Source: an uncultured Planctomycetia bacterium (GTDB lineage Bacteria; Planctomycetota; UBA8108). Taken from it: a DNA stretch of 33,102 nt. Positions 16,205 to 24,544 of this stretch are shown one piece after another (within the stretch, counting starts at the first letter, position 1; each line of letters opens with the position of its first letter). The notes beneath the pieces are model-generated. The model ran no database searches. It was not told the origin of the DNA and saw nothing but the letters and a program-made list of their open reading frames with translations. Both the position numbers and the translations under genes were made by a program. The DNA lies in NCBI GenBank assembly GCA_964478085.1, contig CAYZGY010000002.1:1-33102 (forward strand). The letters are read 5' to 3'.

Positions 16205-16442
16205 CCGTCAACGACGTCGCGCTATCGGCCACGAGCTGGCCCCCGGAGGAGGTAAGCCATTGGACTTTCTGGATCGCTTACTTGCCCACGATGTCTGGAC
16301 GACGAAGGAGTTGCTTTCGCTCTGCCAAGGGATTGACCTGCCCCCGCAATCCGAGTCCAAACTCTTTGTCAGCACCGGGCCATAGACGCAAGTCAAAGCG
16401 AGATCGTGAATGCGCAGGCACTTTGCCTCTACCGCAAGAACC

Positions 16443-18356
16443 TCACTGATACTCCCACGCGCTCCGATACTCCCCGAACGCCCCCAGGTACTCGACCAGG
16501 CCCGCGAGGAACGGATCGTTCGACACCGTCGCGCTGTCGCCGATGATCGTTACGTGCCTTCGCGCACGCGTCACCGCGACGTTGAGTCTTCGGCGGTCGG
16601 CGAGGAAGCCTACGTCGCCTCGGTCGTTGGATCTTACGAGGGAGATGATGACCGCTTCCTTTTCCCGGCCTTGGAAGCCGTCGACACTGCCGATCTCGAG
16701 GTCGGGGTAGCTTCCTGAGAGTCTCGTACGCAACTCGCCGACCTGCGCGTTGTACGGCGTGATGACCGCGATGTCGCTCGGTAGGACTCCGGCTTCGAAG
16801 AGTCTCAGGAGGTGCGTCTTGACGAGACCCGCTTCCCCTGCGTTCGCGAGCGAGTCGCCGTCGGCGTCGCGTTCCTCTTCGTAGTCGCAGCCGGCGGTGT
16901 CGATGTGGATCATCGGCGGGCTGGAGTCGTCGGTTTCCGTGACTCCTCCGAGCTCGTGGAGGCAGTGGGTCGCGACGGAGTCGTGGGCGATGATCTTGCC
17001 GTCGTAGAGGGCTTCGGACGACCAGTTCATGATCGTTTCGTGCATGCGGTACTGGACGTTGAGCATGCGCGTGATCGTGTCGCCGTACCTTTCGATGAGG
17101 CGTTCGAAGAGGGTTACCGCGAGTCCGTCGCGTTCTGCTTTTCTGGAGACGACCGTCGGGGGGAGCTGGAGGTGGTCTCCTGCGAGGACGGCTCGTTTCG
17201 CGCGGAGGAGGGGGATCCAGCAGGAGGCTTCGATGGCTTGGGCGGCTTCGTCGATGACGACGAGGTCGAAGTTGGTGCCTTCGAGTGTCTTGTTGGCGGA
17301 GCCCGTCAGTGTTGTGAGAACGACTTGGGCTCCTTCGACGACTTGCTTGACCGTCCAGTCTTCGATCTCTCTCAGCTCACGGCGAAGCTGTCCGAGCGCT
17401 GATCGGCGTTCGCGGCGCTCCGACCAGTCCCTCGCTCGCCTGAGCTCTCTCGAAGCTTGGCGGATCTCCTTTCTCACGTCGTCGGCGATCTTGCTGCCTT
17501 CCGAGTCGGCGACGAGGGCGTCGAGGGAATGGTCGACGACGCTGGGGAGGAGTCTTGCCGGATGGCCGAGGCGGACGACTTTGACGCCCGAGCGTGCGAG
17601 GCGCTCGACGAGGTTGTCGACCGCGACGTTGGATGGTGCGCACGCGACGACTCGCTCTCCGCGCGTGACGGCTTGTCGAATCGCCTCGACGAGCGCCGTC
17701 GTCTTGCCCGTCCCTGGTGGGCCGTGGATCAGCGCGATCTCCTTCGCTGTGAGAGTCAAGCGGACCGCTTCCTTTTGCGATTCGTCGAGACTCTCGTCGA
17801 AGAAGACGAGCGGCTTCTCCGCGCGGCCGGGCTCTTCGAAGTACGGCTCGCGCTGACCGAAGGAGACCTCTCTCAGTCGCGAGGCGGGGCCTTTGCTGTA
17901 GGACTGGAGCTTGCCGAGAGCGTCCCGCAGCCTGCGGTAGGTGATGTCGTTCGCGACGCGATCGAGACGCACGGGCTCGGAGACGCTCGCGTCGCTGTCG
18001 TCGAGCGCGACGGTGATCGCCCCCGAACGCACACGCCAAATGACGCCGGTGGGGGAGTCGTCGACCTTCGCGTCACTTCCGTGCGTGCGCACCGTGACGA
18101 TGTCGCCGGGCGACATTCTGTGCGCCGGGAGGTCGTAACCGCTCGAAGGCTCGAGGACGAGCAGTGTGCGCCCGCCGAGCCCGACGTCATCGTCCGCAAT
18201 CTTGAGCTTCAGGAGAGCCACACCTCGCTTCTGCAGCTCGCCATCGGAAAGCTCGCGCATCATGCGACGCGCTTCCTCGACCTCTTCGCGACGTTCGAGC
18301 TCGAGCAGCTCGAGATGATGATCGACGAAGGCGTCGACCGAGGGAATCTGACTCAC
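16443..18356 (-). CDS. IGHMBP2/Upf1-like superfamily-1 helicase
   Basis: 637 aa with an N-terminal beta-barrel region. Motifs: I IHGPPGTGKT, II VIDEAAQ, QYRMH, VDGFQGREKE, LNVAVTRARR. This is the AAA_11/AAA_12 architecture. Confidence 0.88.
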   Translation of the reverse strand: MSQIPSVDAFVDHHLELLELERREEVEEARRMMRELSDGELQKRGVALLKLKIADDDVGLGGRTLLVLEPSSGYDLPAHRMSPGDIVTVRTHGSDAKVDDSPTGVIWRVRSGAITVALDDSDASVSEPVRLDRVANDITYRRLRDALGKLQSYSKGPASRLREVSFGQREPYFEEPGRAEKPLVFFDESLDESQKEAVRLTLTAKEIALIHGPPGTGKTTALVEAIRQAVTRGERVVACAPSNVAVDNLVERLARSGVKVVRLGHPARLLPSVVDHSLDALVADSEGSKIADDVRKEIRQASRELRRARDWSERRERRSALGQLRRELREIEDWTVKQVVEGAQVVLTTLTGSANKTLEGTNFDLVVIDEAAQAIEASCWIPLLRAKRAVLAGDHLQLPPTVVSRKAERDGLAVTLFERLIERYGDTITRMLNVQYRMHETIMNWSSEALYDGKIIAHDSVATHCLHELGGVTETDDSSPPMIHIDTAGCDYEEERDADGDSLANAGEAGLVKTHLLRLFEAGVLPSDIAVITPYNAQVGELRTRLSGSYPDLEIGSVDGFQGREKEAVIISLVRSNDRGDVGFLADRRRLNVAVTRARRHVTIIGDSATVSNDPFLAGLVEYLGAFGEYRSAWEYQ

Positions 18357-18389
18357 GTGAAATTCGAGACGGACTTGTGCTGAATCGGA

Positions 18390-19151
18390 TCACTCGCGCC
18401 ACTCGGCGAGCGGCTCGCGGCAGTCGAGCCATTCGCTCGGGAGACCTTCCTCTCCGACGAACGCCGCGACGATGCCTCCGACGATCGCGCACGTCGTGTC
18501 ACGATCACCGAGAGCACTGACGGTATGCCACATCGCCTCCTCGAAGTCGCCGAGATTCTTGGCGGCGCTCCAGATCGTGAACGGGACGGTGTCGTGGCAG
18601 ATGACTCTCGTGCCATTGCCGAGAATTTCGACCGCCGAGCGCACCGACGTGTCCGGATCGAGCGTTCGCGCTCTCGCGATTCCCGCGCGCGTATCCGAAT
18701 CCGGCACGTGCGGGAGGACGAGCTCGATGAACTCGAGTACCGTCGGAGGATCTCCGCTGCCACTCAGCCGACACGCCCAGGCGGTCGCCACCGCGATCGC
18801 GATCGCTCCGGCGACGCCCTCTGGGTGAGCGTGCGTCACGACCGAGCTGCGCGTAGCTTCGTCGATGACCGCATCCATGTCTTCGCTGAACGCCGCGCCG
18901 ATGGGCGCAACACGCATCGCCGAACCGTTTCCGAACGAGCCCGTGCCCGCGAAGAGGCTTCGCGACGTTTCCGACCACGATTCGCCCTCACGGATGCGCG
19001 CGAGCGCCGAGTGCATCGCCGGCATCGCGCGCGTCGCGATCATGCGATCGACGAGATCGGGGTGGACGAAGAAGCGCTCGCCGAACGAGTCGCCGAGCGA
19101 AAGGCCATCGAGCGAGAGACGGGCCGCGTCGAGATTCGGAGAGGTCATCAA
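18390..19151 (-). CDS. ADP-ribosylglycohydrolase-family protein, atypically short and lacking the N-terminal [ST]DD[ST] metal-binding motif (possibly inactive)
   Basis: GSFGNGSAMRVAPIGAAF, VTHAHPEGVAGAIAIA, HDTVPFTIWSA and GDRDTTCAIVGGI are ARH (PF03747) hallmarks. No DDT or DDS occurs anywhere in the 253-aa product. The gap falls between ...IATRAMPA and MHSALARIREGESW. Confidence 0.7.
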   Translation of the reverse strand: MMTSPNLDAARLSLDGLSLGDSFGERFFVHPDLVDRMIATRAMPAMHSALARIREGESWSETSRSLFAGTGSFGNGSAMRVAPIGAAFSEDMDAVIDEATRSSVVTHAHPEGVAGAIAIAVATAWACRLSGSGDPPTVLEFIELVLPHVPDSDTRAGIARARTLDPDTSVRSAVEILGNGTRVICHDTVPFTIWSAAKNLGDFEEAMWHTVSALGDRDTTCAIVGGIVAAFVGEEGLPSEWLDCREPLAEWRE

Positions 19152-19172
19152 GATCCTCGGAAAACAGGTGAG

Positions 19173-19787
19173 CTACTCGAGGAGCTCGCTGCTTTCGACG
19201 ATCTCGACTCCGGCCTCGCGCATCTCGGCGAGGGCACCTTCGACATCCCCAGGCTCGAGCTCCACCCCACGACAGGCATCGACCGCGACCGTCGTCGTGA
19301 ACGCGAGCTCCGCCGCGTCGAGCGCCGTGTACTTCACGCAGTAGTCTGTGGCCAAACCCGTGATGTTCAACTCGTCGACGTTCTTATTTGCGAGATACTC
19401 GCCGAGACCGGTCGCCCGCAAGTGCCCGTTGTCGAAGAAGCCGCTGTAGGAGTCGATCTCGGGATCCGTGCCCTTCTGGAAGACCTTGTCGATCTCGACG
19501 CCCGCGAGTCCCTCGTGAAGCTCGGCGCCGGCCGTGCCTTCGACACAGTGCACCGGCCAGAGAATCTGATCGAGACCGCCGAGCTCGATCATCTCACCGA
19601 CCTCGCGACCGTGCGTCGCCGCGAAGCTGCCGTGCTTCGCGGGGTGCCAGTCCTGCGTCGCGACGACGAGATCGACGACCTTTGCGAGACGGCGAATCGG
19701 CTCGATGACGAGGTCGCCCTCGGGAACGGCGAGCGCACCGCCGGGGCAGAAGTCGTTTTGGACGTCGACGATGATCAGCGCTCGCAT
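19173..19787 (-). CDS. pncA: Nicotinamidase / pyrazinamidase
   Basis: MRALIIVDVQNDFCPGGAL (catalytic Asp), metal site QDWHPAKH...H, ITGLATDYCV (catalytic Cys). 204 aa. Confidence 0.9.
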   Translation of the reverse strand: MRALIIVDVQNDFCPGGALAVPEGDLVIEPIRRLAKVVDLVVATQDWHPAKHGSFAATHGREVGEMIELGGLDQILWPVHCVEGTAGAELHEGLAGVEIDKVFQKGTDPEIDSYSGFFDNGHLRATGLGEYLANKNVDELNITGLATDYCVKYTALDAAELAFTTTVAVDACRGVELEPGDVEGALAEMREAGVEIVESSELLE

Positions 19788-19809
19788 GCTCGTTTCACCT
19801 GCCCGTCTT

Positions 19810-20479
19810 TTAGAGACCGACTCTCGCCTCGATCTTGAACGGAACCTCGACCGTCTTGAGATCCTTCCAGTACTTGATCTCTATTTTGGCGCTCGTGAGC
19901 TTTTTCTCCAGCAAGTAAGTGCTCATCGAGGTCGTCTTCGTTCCGAACGTCATGCTGCTCGATCCACTCGGCTTCGACGGAATCGGCTTTCCTTTCGAGT
20001 CGAGGAATCGGAGCGAATGGATGCCGCTCAGATCGTCCGTCGATTCGAACTCGATCTCGTATCCGCCGCCACCGAGCTGAGGCTTGCCCGCACGCGCGTT
20101 TCCAGGTCGTCGAGCCCATCTCGAAGGGTCCGCCGAACTTCTCCTTCACCAGGAGGTCGGAGCCCGTCGAGCCACTGAACTTCGTCACCTTCGACTTCTT
20201 GCGATCGAGCTCGATGATCCCGCCCTTGATGCCCGAGAGCACGACCGCGAGCGGCGTCCCGGGTCGCTGCCCGAGGAAGGCCTCCTGTTTGGCGTCCTTG
20301 TCGCTCGGAGTCGGAAGGTCGATCTCGCTGTTGACGAGAATGCCGACGACCGGGAAACGCGCGTGCGGGTTCTTGTCCTTGGCGCCGGCGGACGTGGCGG
20401 ACGTGGCGGACGTGGCGGACGTGACGCAGAGAAGCAACGCCGCCGCTGCGGTCAGAATCGAGAATCGCATGAATGTCAT
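19810..20479 (-). pseudogene. Exported (lipo)protein of unknown function, split by one frameshift at an A3 run
   Basis: The ATG at 20479 overlaps the M16B stop (ATGA). The N-terminal part is MTFMRFSILTAAAALLLCVTSATSATSATSAGAK...KEKFGGPFEMGSTTW. After 20099-20101 (coding-strand AAA) the track frame turns into Arg-rich nonsense. The +1 frame (hand translation) reads NARAGKPQLGGGGYEIEFESTDDLSGIHSLRFLDSKGKPIPSKPSGSSSMTFGTKTTSMSTYLLEKKLTSAKIEIKYWKDLKTVEVPFKIEARVGL, ending at TAA 19810..19812. Confidence 0.6.
20388..20423. repeat. Perfect 9-bp tandem repeat (GCGGACGTG)x4, in-frame (Thr-Ser-Ala)n in the minus-strand gene
   Basis: Read directly at 20388-20423. It encodes ...VTSATSATSATSAG... immediately after the signal/lipobox-like LLLC. 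Confidence 0.9.
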
Positions 20480-21933
20480 TCCTTCTCAGGCGCTTCGACG
20501 AGAATCAGCTCGCCATTTCGATCGCGATACTCCGGCTTCGGCAATCCGAGGTCGCCGGAGAGCGCCTCGTCGATCTTCTTGCGATCGCCGACGAGTACAA
20601 CGATCGCCTTCGACCAGTCAAGGGCGGCGCATACCTCGGTGAGGTCGTCCTCTTCGATACTTGAAATCTCCGAGTAGAACTTCTGACGCTCGTTAGGGCA
20701 CCACCCAGCGCCCATCGATTCCTCGTAGACTCGCAGCAGCGCAGTCTGTCTCTCCATCGCGCTGATGAGTCGACTGCGAATCGATGATTTCGCCTTCTCG
20801 AGCTCGCCCTCGCGTAGGGCGCCCGTTTCCATCGCCTCCAGCTCCTTGCGAAACTCGCGCAGTCCGAGAGCCGTAGCATCAGATTGGACCGACGAGTACG
20901 AGAGATGGTACGCGTCGGCGAGAAGTCGCGAGTTCAGGCTCCGCGCTCCGTACGTGATCTTCTTATCCTCGCGGAGATTCGAGTTGAGACGACTCGTGAA
21001 TGTGCCTCCGAGCACCGTGCTCGCGACCCACATCGAGGCGTTCTGCGAAGAGCTGAAACGCGTCCCCTCGTGGTAGATTCGAATCACAGTCTGTGGCGCG
21101 CGCGACTTGTCGACCACCACGAGGCGGCCCTTCGTGTGGGGCTGACGCGGAGGCATGCGGAACGGGTCCTCGGGCGCCGAGTAGGGCAGGTCGTCCTTGT
21201 GCGACCACCCGCCAAAGTGCTTTTTGAGCGAACTGTGCAGGCTCTCCGGAGCAACGGCACCTGTGACGAGAACCTGCGTCTTACTCGGCCTGAAGAACCC
21301 CCGCCACATCCCGCGCACATCGTCGAGTGTGATCGAGCTCACCGAGCTCTCGAATCCGTCAACGGGATGCGCGTAGGACACGCTGCCCGTGCTGAAGAAC
21401 ACGCGATCTCCGACGAGTCGAGCGACGGACGTCGCGCTTTCGCTGCGCTGGCGCACGTCGTTTAGCGTCAGAGCATGAACACGCTTCCACTCCTTCTCCT
21501 CGAAGCGCGGCCTGAGAACGACGTCCGAGAGAATCTCGAGGGCTTGGTCGAGGTTGCGACGAAGCGTCTGGATCGTGATCGTCGTGTAATCCTTCGAAGT
21601 ACGAAGCGAGAGCGACGCGCCGAGAAAATCGACCTCCTCGGCGAGCAAGAGGGCGTCGCGCTCGCCGGCTCCCTCGTCGAGCATGTCGGCCGTGATCGCC
21701 GCGAGACCCTCCTTGCCTTTCGGGTCGTAACTCGACCCCATGGAGACGAGAACACGAACAGTTACGAGCGGCACGTTGTTCGCCTCGAGAAACCAGACGC
21801 GAAGGCCGTTCGAGAGCTTCGATTCCGCAGGGATCGGAACGATCGAAGAATCCGACTCGCGCTGACCGAGACGACACCCGACAGAAGAGACGGAGAAGAT
21901 CACGAGCAGAGAAAGGAAAGTACGTCTCATCAC
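20476..21933 (-). CDS. M16-family peptidase, non-catalytic (M16B-like) subunit, exported
   Basis: 485 aa with a signal/lipobox-like start (LLVIFSVSSVGC). It has the two-domain insulinase fold pattern (LSNGLRVWFLEANNVPLVTVRVLV...) but no HxxEH motif. Its start overlaps the stop of the upstream M16 gene. Confidence 0.8.
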   Translation of the reverse strand: MMRRTFLSLLVIFSVSSVGCRLGQRESDSSIVPIPAESKLSNGLRVWFLEANNVPLVTVRVLVSMGSSYDPKGKEGLAAITADMLDEGAGERDALLLAEEVDFLGASLSLRTSKDYTTITIQTLRRNLDQALEILSDVVLRPRFEEKEWKRVHALTLNDVRQRSESATSVARLVGDRVFFSTGSVSYAHPVDGFESSVSSITLDDVRGMWRGFFRPSKTQVLVTGAVAPESLHSSLKKHFGGWSHKDDLPYSAPEDPFRMPPRQPHTKGRLVVVDKSRAPQTVIRIYHEGTRFSSSQNASMWVASTVLGGTFTSRLNSNLREDKKITYGARSLNSRLLADAYHLSYSSVQSDATALGLREFRKELEAMETGALREGELEKAKSSIRSRLISAMERQTALLRVYEESMGAGWCPNERQKFYSEISSIEEDDLTEVCAALDWSKAIVVLVGDRKKIDEALSGDLGLPKPEYRDRNGELILVEAPEKE

Positions 21934-23339
21934 TTTGCCTCCTCCTCGCTCTTCTCCTTCGGAAGAACGCTCAAAACGAGCCGCTTCTTCGCGTCGAGCA
22001 CCGTCGAGTACCTCTTCACCGATGCCGCGTCGACCTTCTCGAAACGCTCGCGATCCTTCGCGACGGCTCCGGGATCGTCGAAGTAGAACTGATAGCCGTT
22101 GAGAAGATCCGCCTTGCGCGCGAGGCTCTCGAGGTTTGTCCAGAAGCCCGTCTCCATCTTGTTGCGGGCACGGTCGACCTCACGCTTGGTCGGCCCCTCG
22201 GCTTGCAGCTTCGCGATCTCCTCGTCGACGAGCTTCTCGATCTCGGCGAGCTTCGCGCGGTTCTCGTCGTTCGAGGCGCCAGGGCGCGCGTAGACCTCGA
22301 TGCGAAACTCTCCACCGAGGAGACGCGAGTACTGGTAGACATCGACGCTCTGCGCGAGCTCCTTCTCGTAGACGAGCTTTCGGTAGAGCCGACTCGACTT
22401 TCCGCCACCGAGGACGTCGGCGAGGATGTCCATCTCGGCATCGCCCGCTTTGTAGAACGCCGGCGAGTGCCAGACGAGCGTCAGAAGCGGCAAGCGCACG
22501 GCGTCGAAGACCTCGCGCTGGACCGTATCCTCGAGCTTCGCGGGCTCGACCTTCGGGCGCACGAGCGCGGGGCGCTTCGGGAGCTTGCCGAAGTGCTTGT
22601 CGACGAGCTTCAGCGCCTCGTTCGAGTCGAAGTCGCCCGCGATGACGAGCGACGCGTTCCCGGCAAAGTAGAACCCGTCAAATTACATTTTTCCTAAAAC
22701 CTCCACGACGTCGTCCACACTCGCCGATTCTCGGTCCTCGTGCGAGCCGATCGTCGGCTCGCGATACGGATGCCCATCGGGATACATCGCCTTCGGAATG
22801 ACGAGCTGCGCACCGCCGTAGGGACGATTCTCGTAGTTTTGTCGGCGCTCGTTGCGCACGACGCCGCGCTGGACGTCGAGCTTCTCGAGCGTCATCGCCT
22901 TGCCGAGCCCGGCCATGCGGTCGGCCTCGAGGAAGAGGAAGAGGTCGAGAAGATCCGAAGGGCCCGTCTCGAAGTAGTTCGTGCGATCCGACGACGTCGT
23001 CGCGTTGTTGCTACCGCCACGGCGCTCCATGCGCGTGTCGAACTCGCCCGTCGGCACCTTCTCCGTCCCCATGAACATCAGGTGCTCGAAGAGATGCGCG
23101 AAGCCCGACCGCTTCGGTGGCTCGTCCTTCGCTCCGACGTAGTACCAGAGGTTGACCGAGACGAGCGGCAGTCGATGGTCTTCGTGAAGGATGACCGTCA
23201 GACCGTTGTCGAGACGCGTGCGCGTGAAGGGAATCTCCTGCGCGAACGCCGACGAGGCCGAGGTCGCCGAGAGGGCGGCGACGAACGCGACCGTCGCCAA
23301 GAATGGCACGCCGCGCCTTCGAGTTCTCTGTGCTTTCAT
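21930..23339 (-). pseudogene. M16-family zinc peptidase, catalytic subunit (HxxEH), interrupted by an in-frame TAA within an 18-nt AT-rich insertion
   Basis: ATG 23339 gives MKAQRTRRRGVPFLATVAFVAALSATSASSAFAQE (signal), then FAHLFEHLMFMGT (HxxEH) and NATTSSDRTNYF. The frame reads ...SHEDRESASVDDVVEVLGKM, TAA (22683..22685), then in the same frame FDGFYFAGNASLVIAGDFDSNEALKLVDKHFGKLPKRPALVRPKVEPAKLED..., joining track ORF 21930..22562. Confidence 0.7.
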
Positions 23340-23357
23340 GCCGCCCTTGTAACAGGG

Positions 23358-23412
23358 CAAAAAAGGTGTCAGGAACCTTTTCTTTTGGAAAAGGTTCCTG
23401 ACACCTTTTTTG
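23358..23412. terminator. Perfect 25-bp inverted repeat with 5-nt loop, A-tract/T-tract flanked: probable bidirectional intrinsic terminator
   Basis: caaaaaaggtgtcaggaaccttttc (23358-23382), loop ttttg, gaaaaggttcctgacaccttttttg (23388-23412). All 25 pairs are complementary by hand check. It lies 120 nt downstream of the stop of gene 23532..24299 and 19 nt upstream of the M16 ATG. Confidence 0.75.
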
Positions 23413-23531
23413 AAGAAAACGCGGCCGGAGCGTCTTGAATCCCGCGCGGAATCCTCGATGCCCCGGCCACCCGGAGAGTACTCGAAATTTCAGGAGGAGT
23501 TTTCGTTCAGAGGAGGAGAGTGGGTCTGGGT

Positions 23532-24299
23532 CTATTTCTTCTTGGGCACGCGAATCACGGGCTTGCCCTCGATCTCGTTCGACGGCTTCTTTCCCGTGCG
23601 ATAGACGCGAAGGACTTGTCGTCCGTTCGAGAGCGTCTTCTTTTCCATCGACCAACCCGATGCCTTGAGGAGCTCTTTGACGAGGACGTCGTCGGCGCCG
23701 CGAATCTCGGAGACGACGTGAATCGTGTCCGTCGGCTTCACCTCGCTACCGACCGTAGGAATTCCCGTGTAGTCCGAAAGGAACTTGAGGAAGTCCTCGA
23801 CGGGAATCTTGCCCGAGGTGATGTCGACGCGAGTGCCCTTGAGTGCGCCCTTCGGATTCGTCGCTTTCGGAGCTGCCTTCGCGACCTTCTTCGTAGCGGC
23901 ACCAGTCGCGGCTTTCGCGGTCACCGGAGACTCGCTCGCCCCGAGGTCGAGCACGCGGACGAGCGCTTTCACTCGCGCGAGCTTGTGGGGATCCGCCGTC
24001 TGCACGAGAAGAGTCTTCGACTCGCGATGGGCGACGACGAGAACGCCACCGACCTTCCGCCCGCCAGAGATCTGACCGCCGGGGCCCTTCGCGACGCGCT
24101 TCGCCGGTCCGTACCAGAGCTCGAGCGCCGCGATCACGACCTTTTTGAGGTCGCCCGGCTCGACGTTCGCGATCTTGATCAGCTCCGCACTCTCGGTCGC
24201 TTCCTTCTTCTTCGAAGAAGCATCCTGAGCGCGAGCGAGATCGCTCGAGCTGAAGACGAGTGAGAGCGCGAAGGCCGAACTGAGCAGGACGCGAGTCAT
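23532..24299 (-). CDS. Exported protein built of two secretin-N-terminal-type (N1-like then N0/STN-like) domains joined by a Lys/Ala-rich linker; no secretin barrel
   Basis: I chose the ATG at 24299 (MTRVLLSSAFALSLVFSSSDLARAQD, signal peptide). Domain 1: LIKIANVEPGDLKKVV...VVAHRESKTLLVQTADPHKLARVKALVRVLD. Linker: TAKAATGAATKKVAKAAPKATNPKG. Domain 2: GKIPVEDFLKFLSDYTGIPTVGSEVKPTDTIHVVSEIRGADDVLVKELLKASGWSM. The similarity call comes from pattern memory only. Confidence 0.5.
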   Translation of the reverse strand: MTRVLLSSAFALSLVFSSSDLARAQDASSKKKEATESAELIKIANVEPGDLKKVVIAALELWYGPAKRVAKGPGGQISGGRKVGGVLVVAHRESKTLLVQTADPHKLARVKALVRVLDLGASESPVTAKAATGAATKKVAKAAPKATNPKGALKGTRVDITSGKIPVEDFLKFLSDYTGIPTVGSEVKPTDTIHVVSEIRGADDVLVKELLKASGWSMEKKTLSNGRQVLRVYRTGKKPSNEIEGKPVIRVPKKK

Positions 24300-24544
24300 G
24301 CGAGTAACTCCTGATTTCGATCCGACGGGAGAGCACAAAGAGCAAAGGCCGTTCCATCTCTCGACAATTCTCGCAAAGAACCCGCGAAAGACGCTCAAAG
24401 CCCCGATCTTTCGCGGTTCACGACGGTCTGTCCGAGGGCCGAGAATGACGCTCACCCCGAATGGGGCAGCAGCGAAAGCTCTGCGGCATGTGTCGAGCGC
24501 ACACACGCCGTATCAGATTTCAACAGCCCCGAGGAAAGGAGCAG

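Noticed and set aside
16443-19787. pncA, ARH and Upf1-like helicase as an NAD-linked anti-phage defence system
   Set aside because: All three belong to families with common housekeeping roles. No NADase, SIR2, TIR, nuclease or sensor component is present. The genes lie in a long co-directional string with unrelated peptidase genes. The association is noted under findings only as context for the atypical ARH.
20095-20105. Programmed ribosomal frameshift at the A3 run of gene 19810..20479
   Set aside because: I could identify no slippery heptamer (X XXY YYZ), no upstream SD-like stimulator and no downstream structure. A one-base indel is the simpler explanation.
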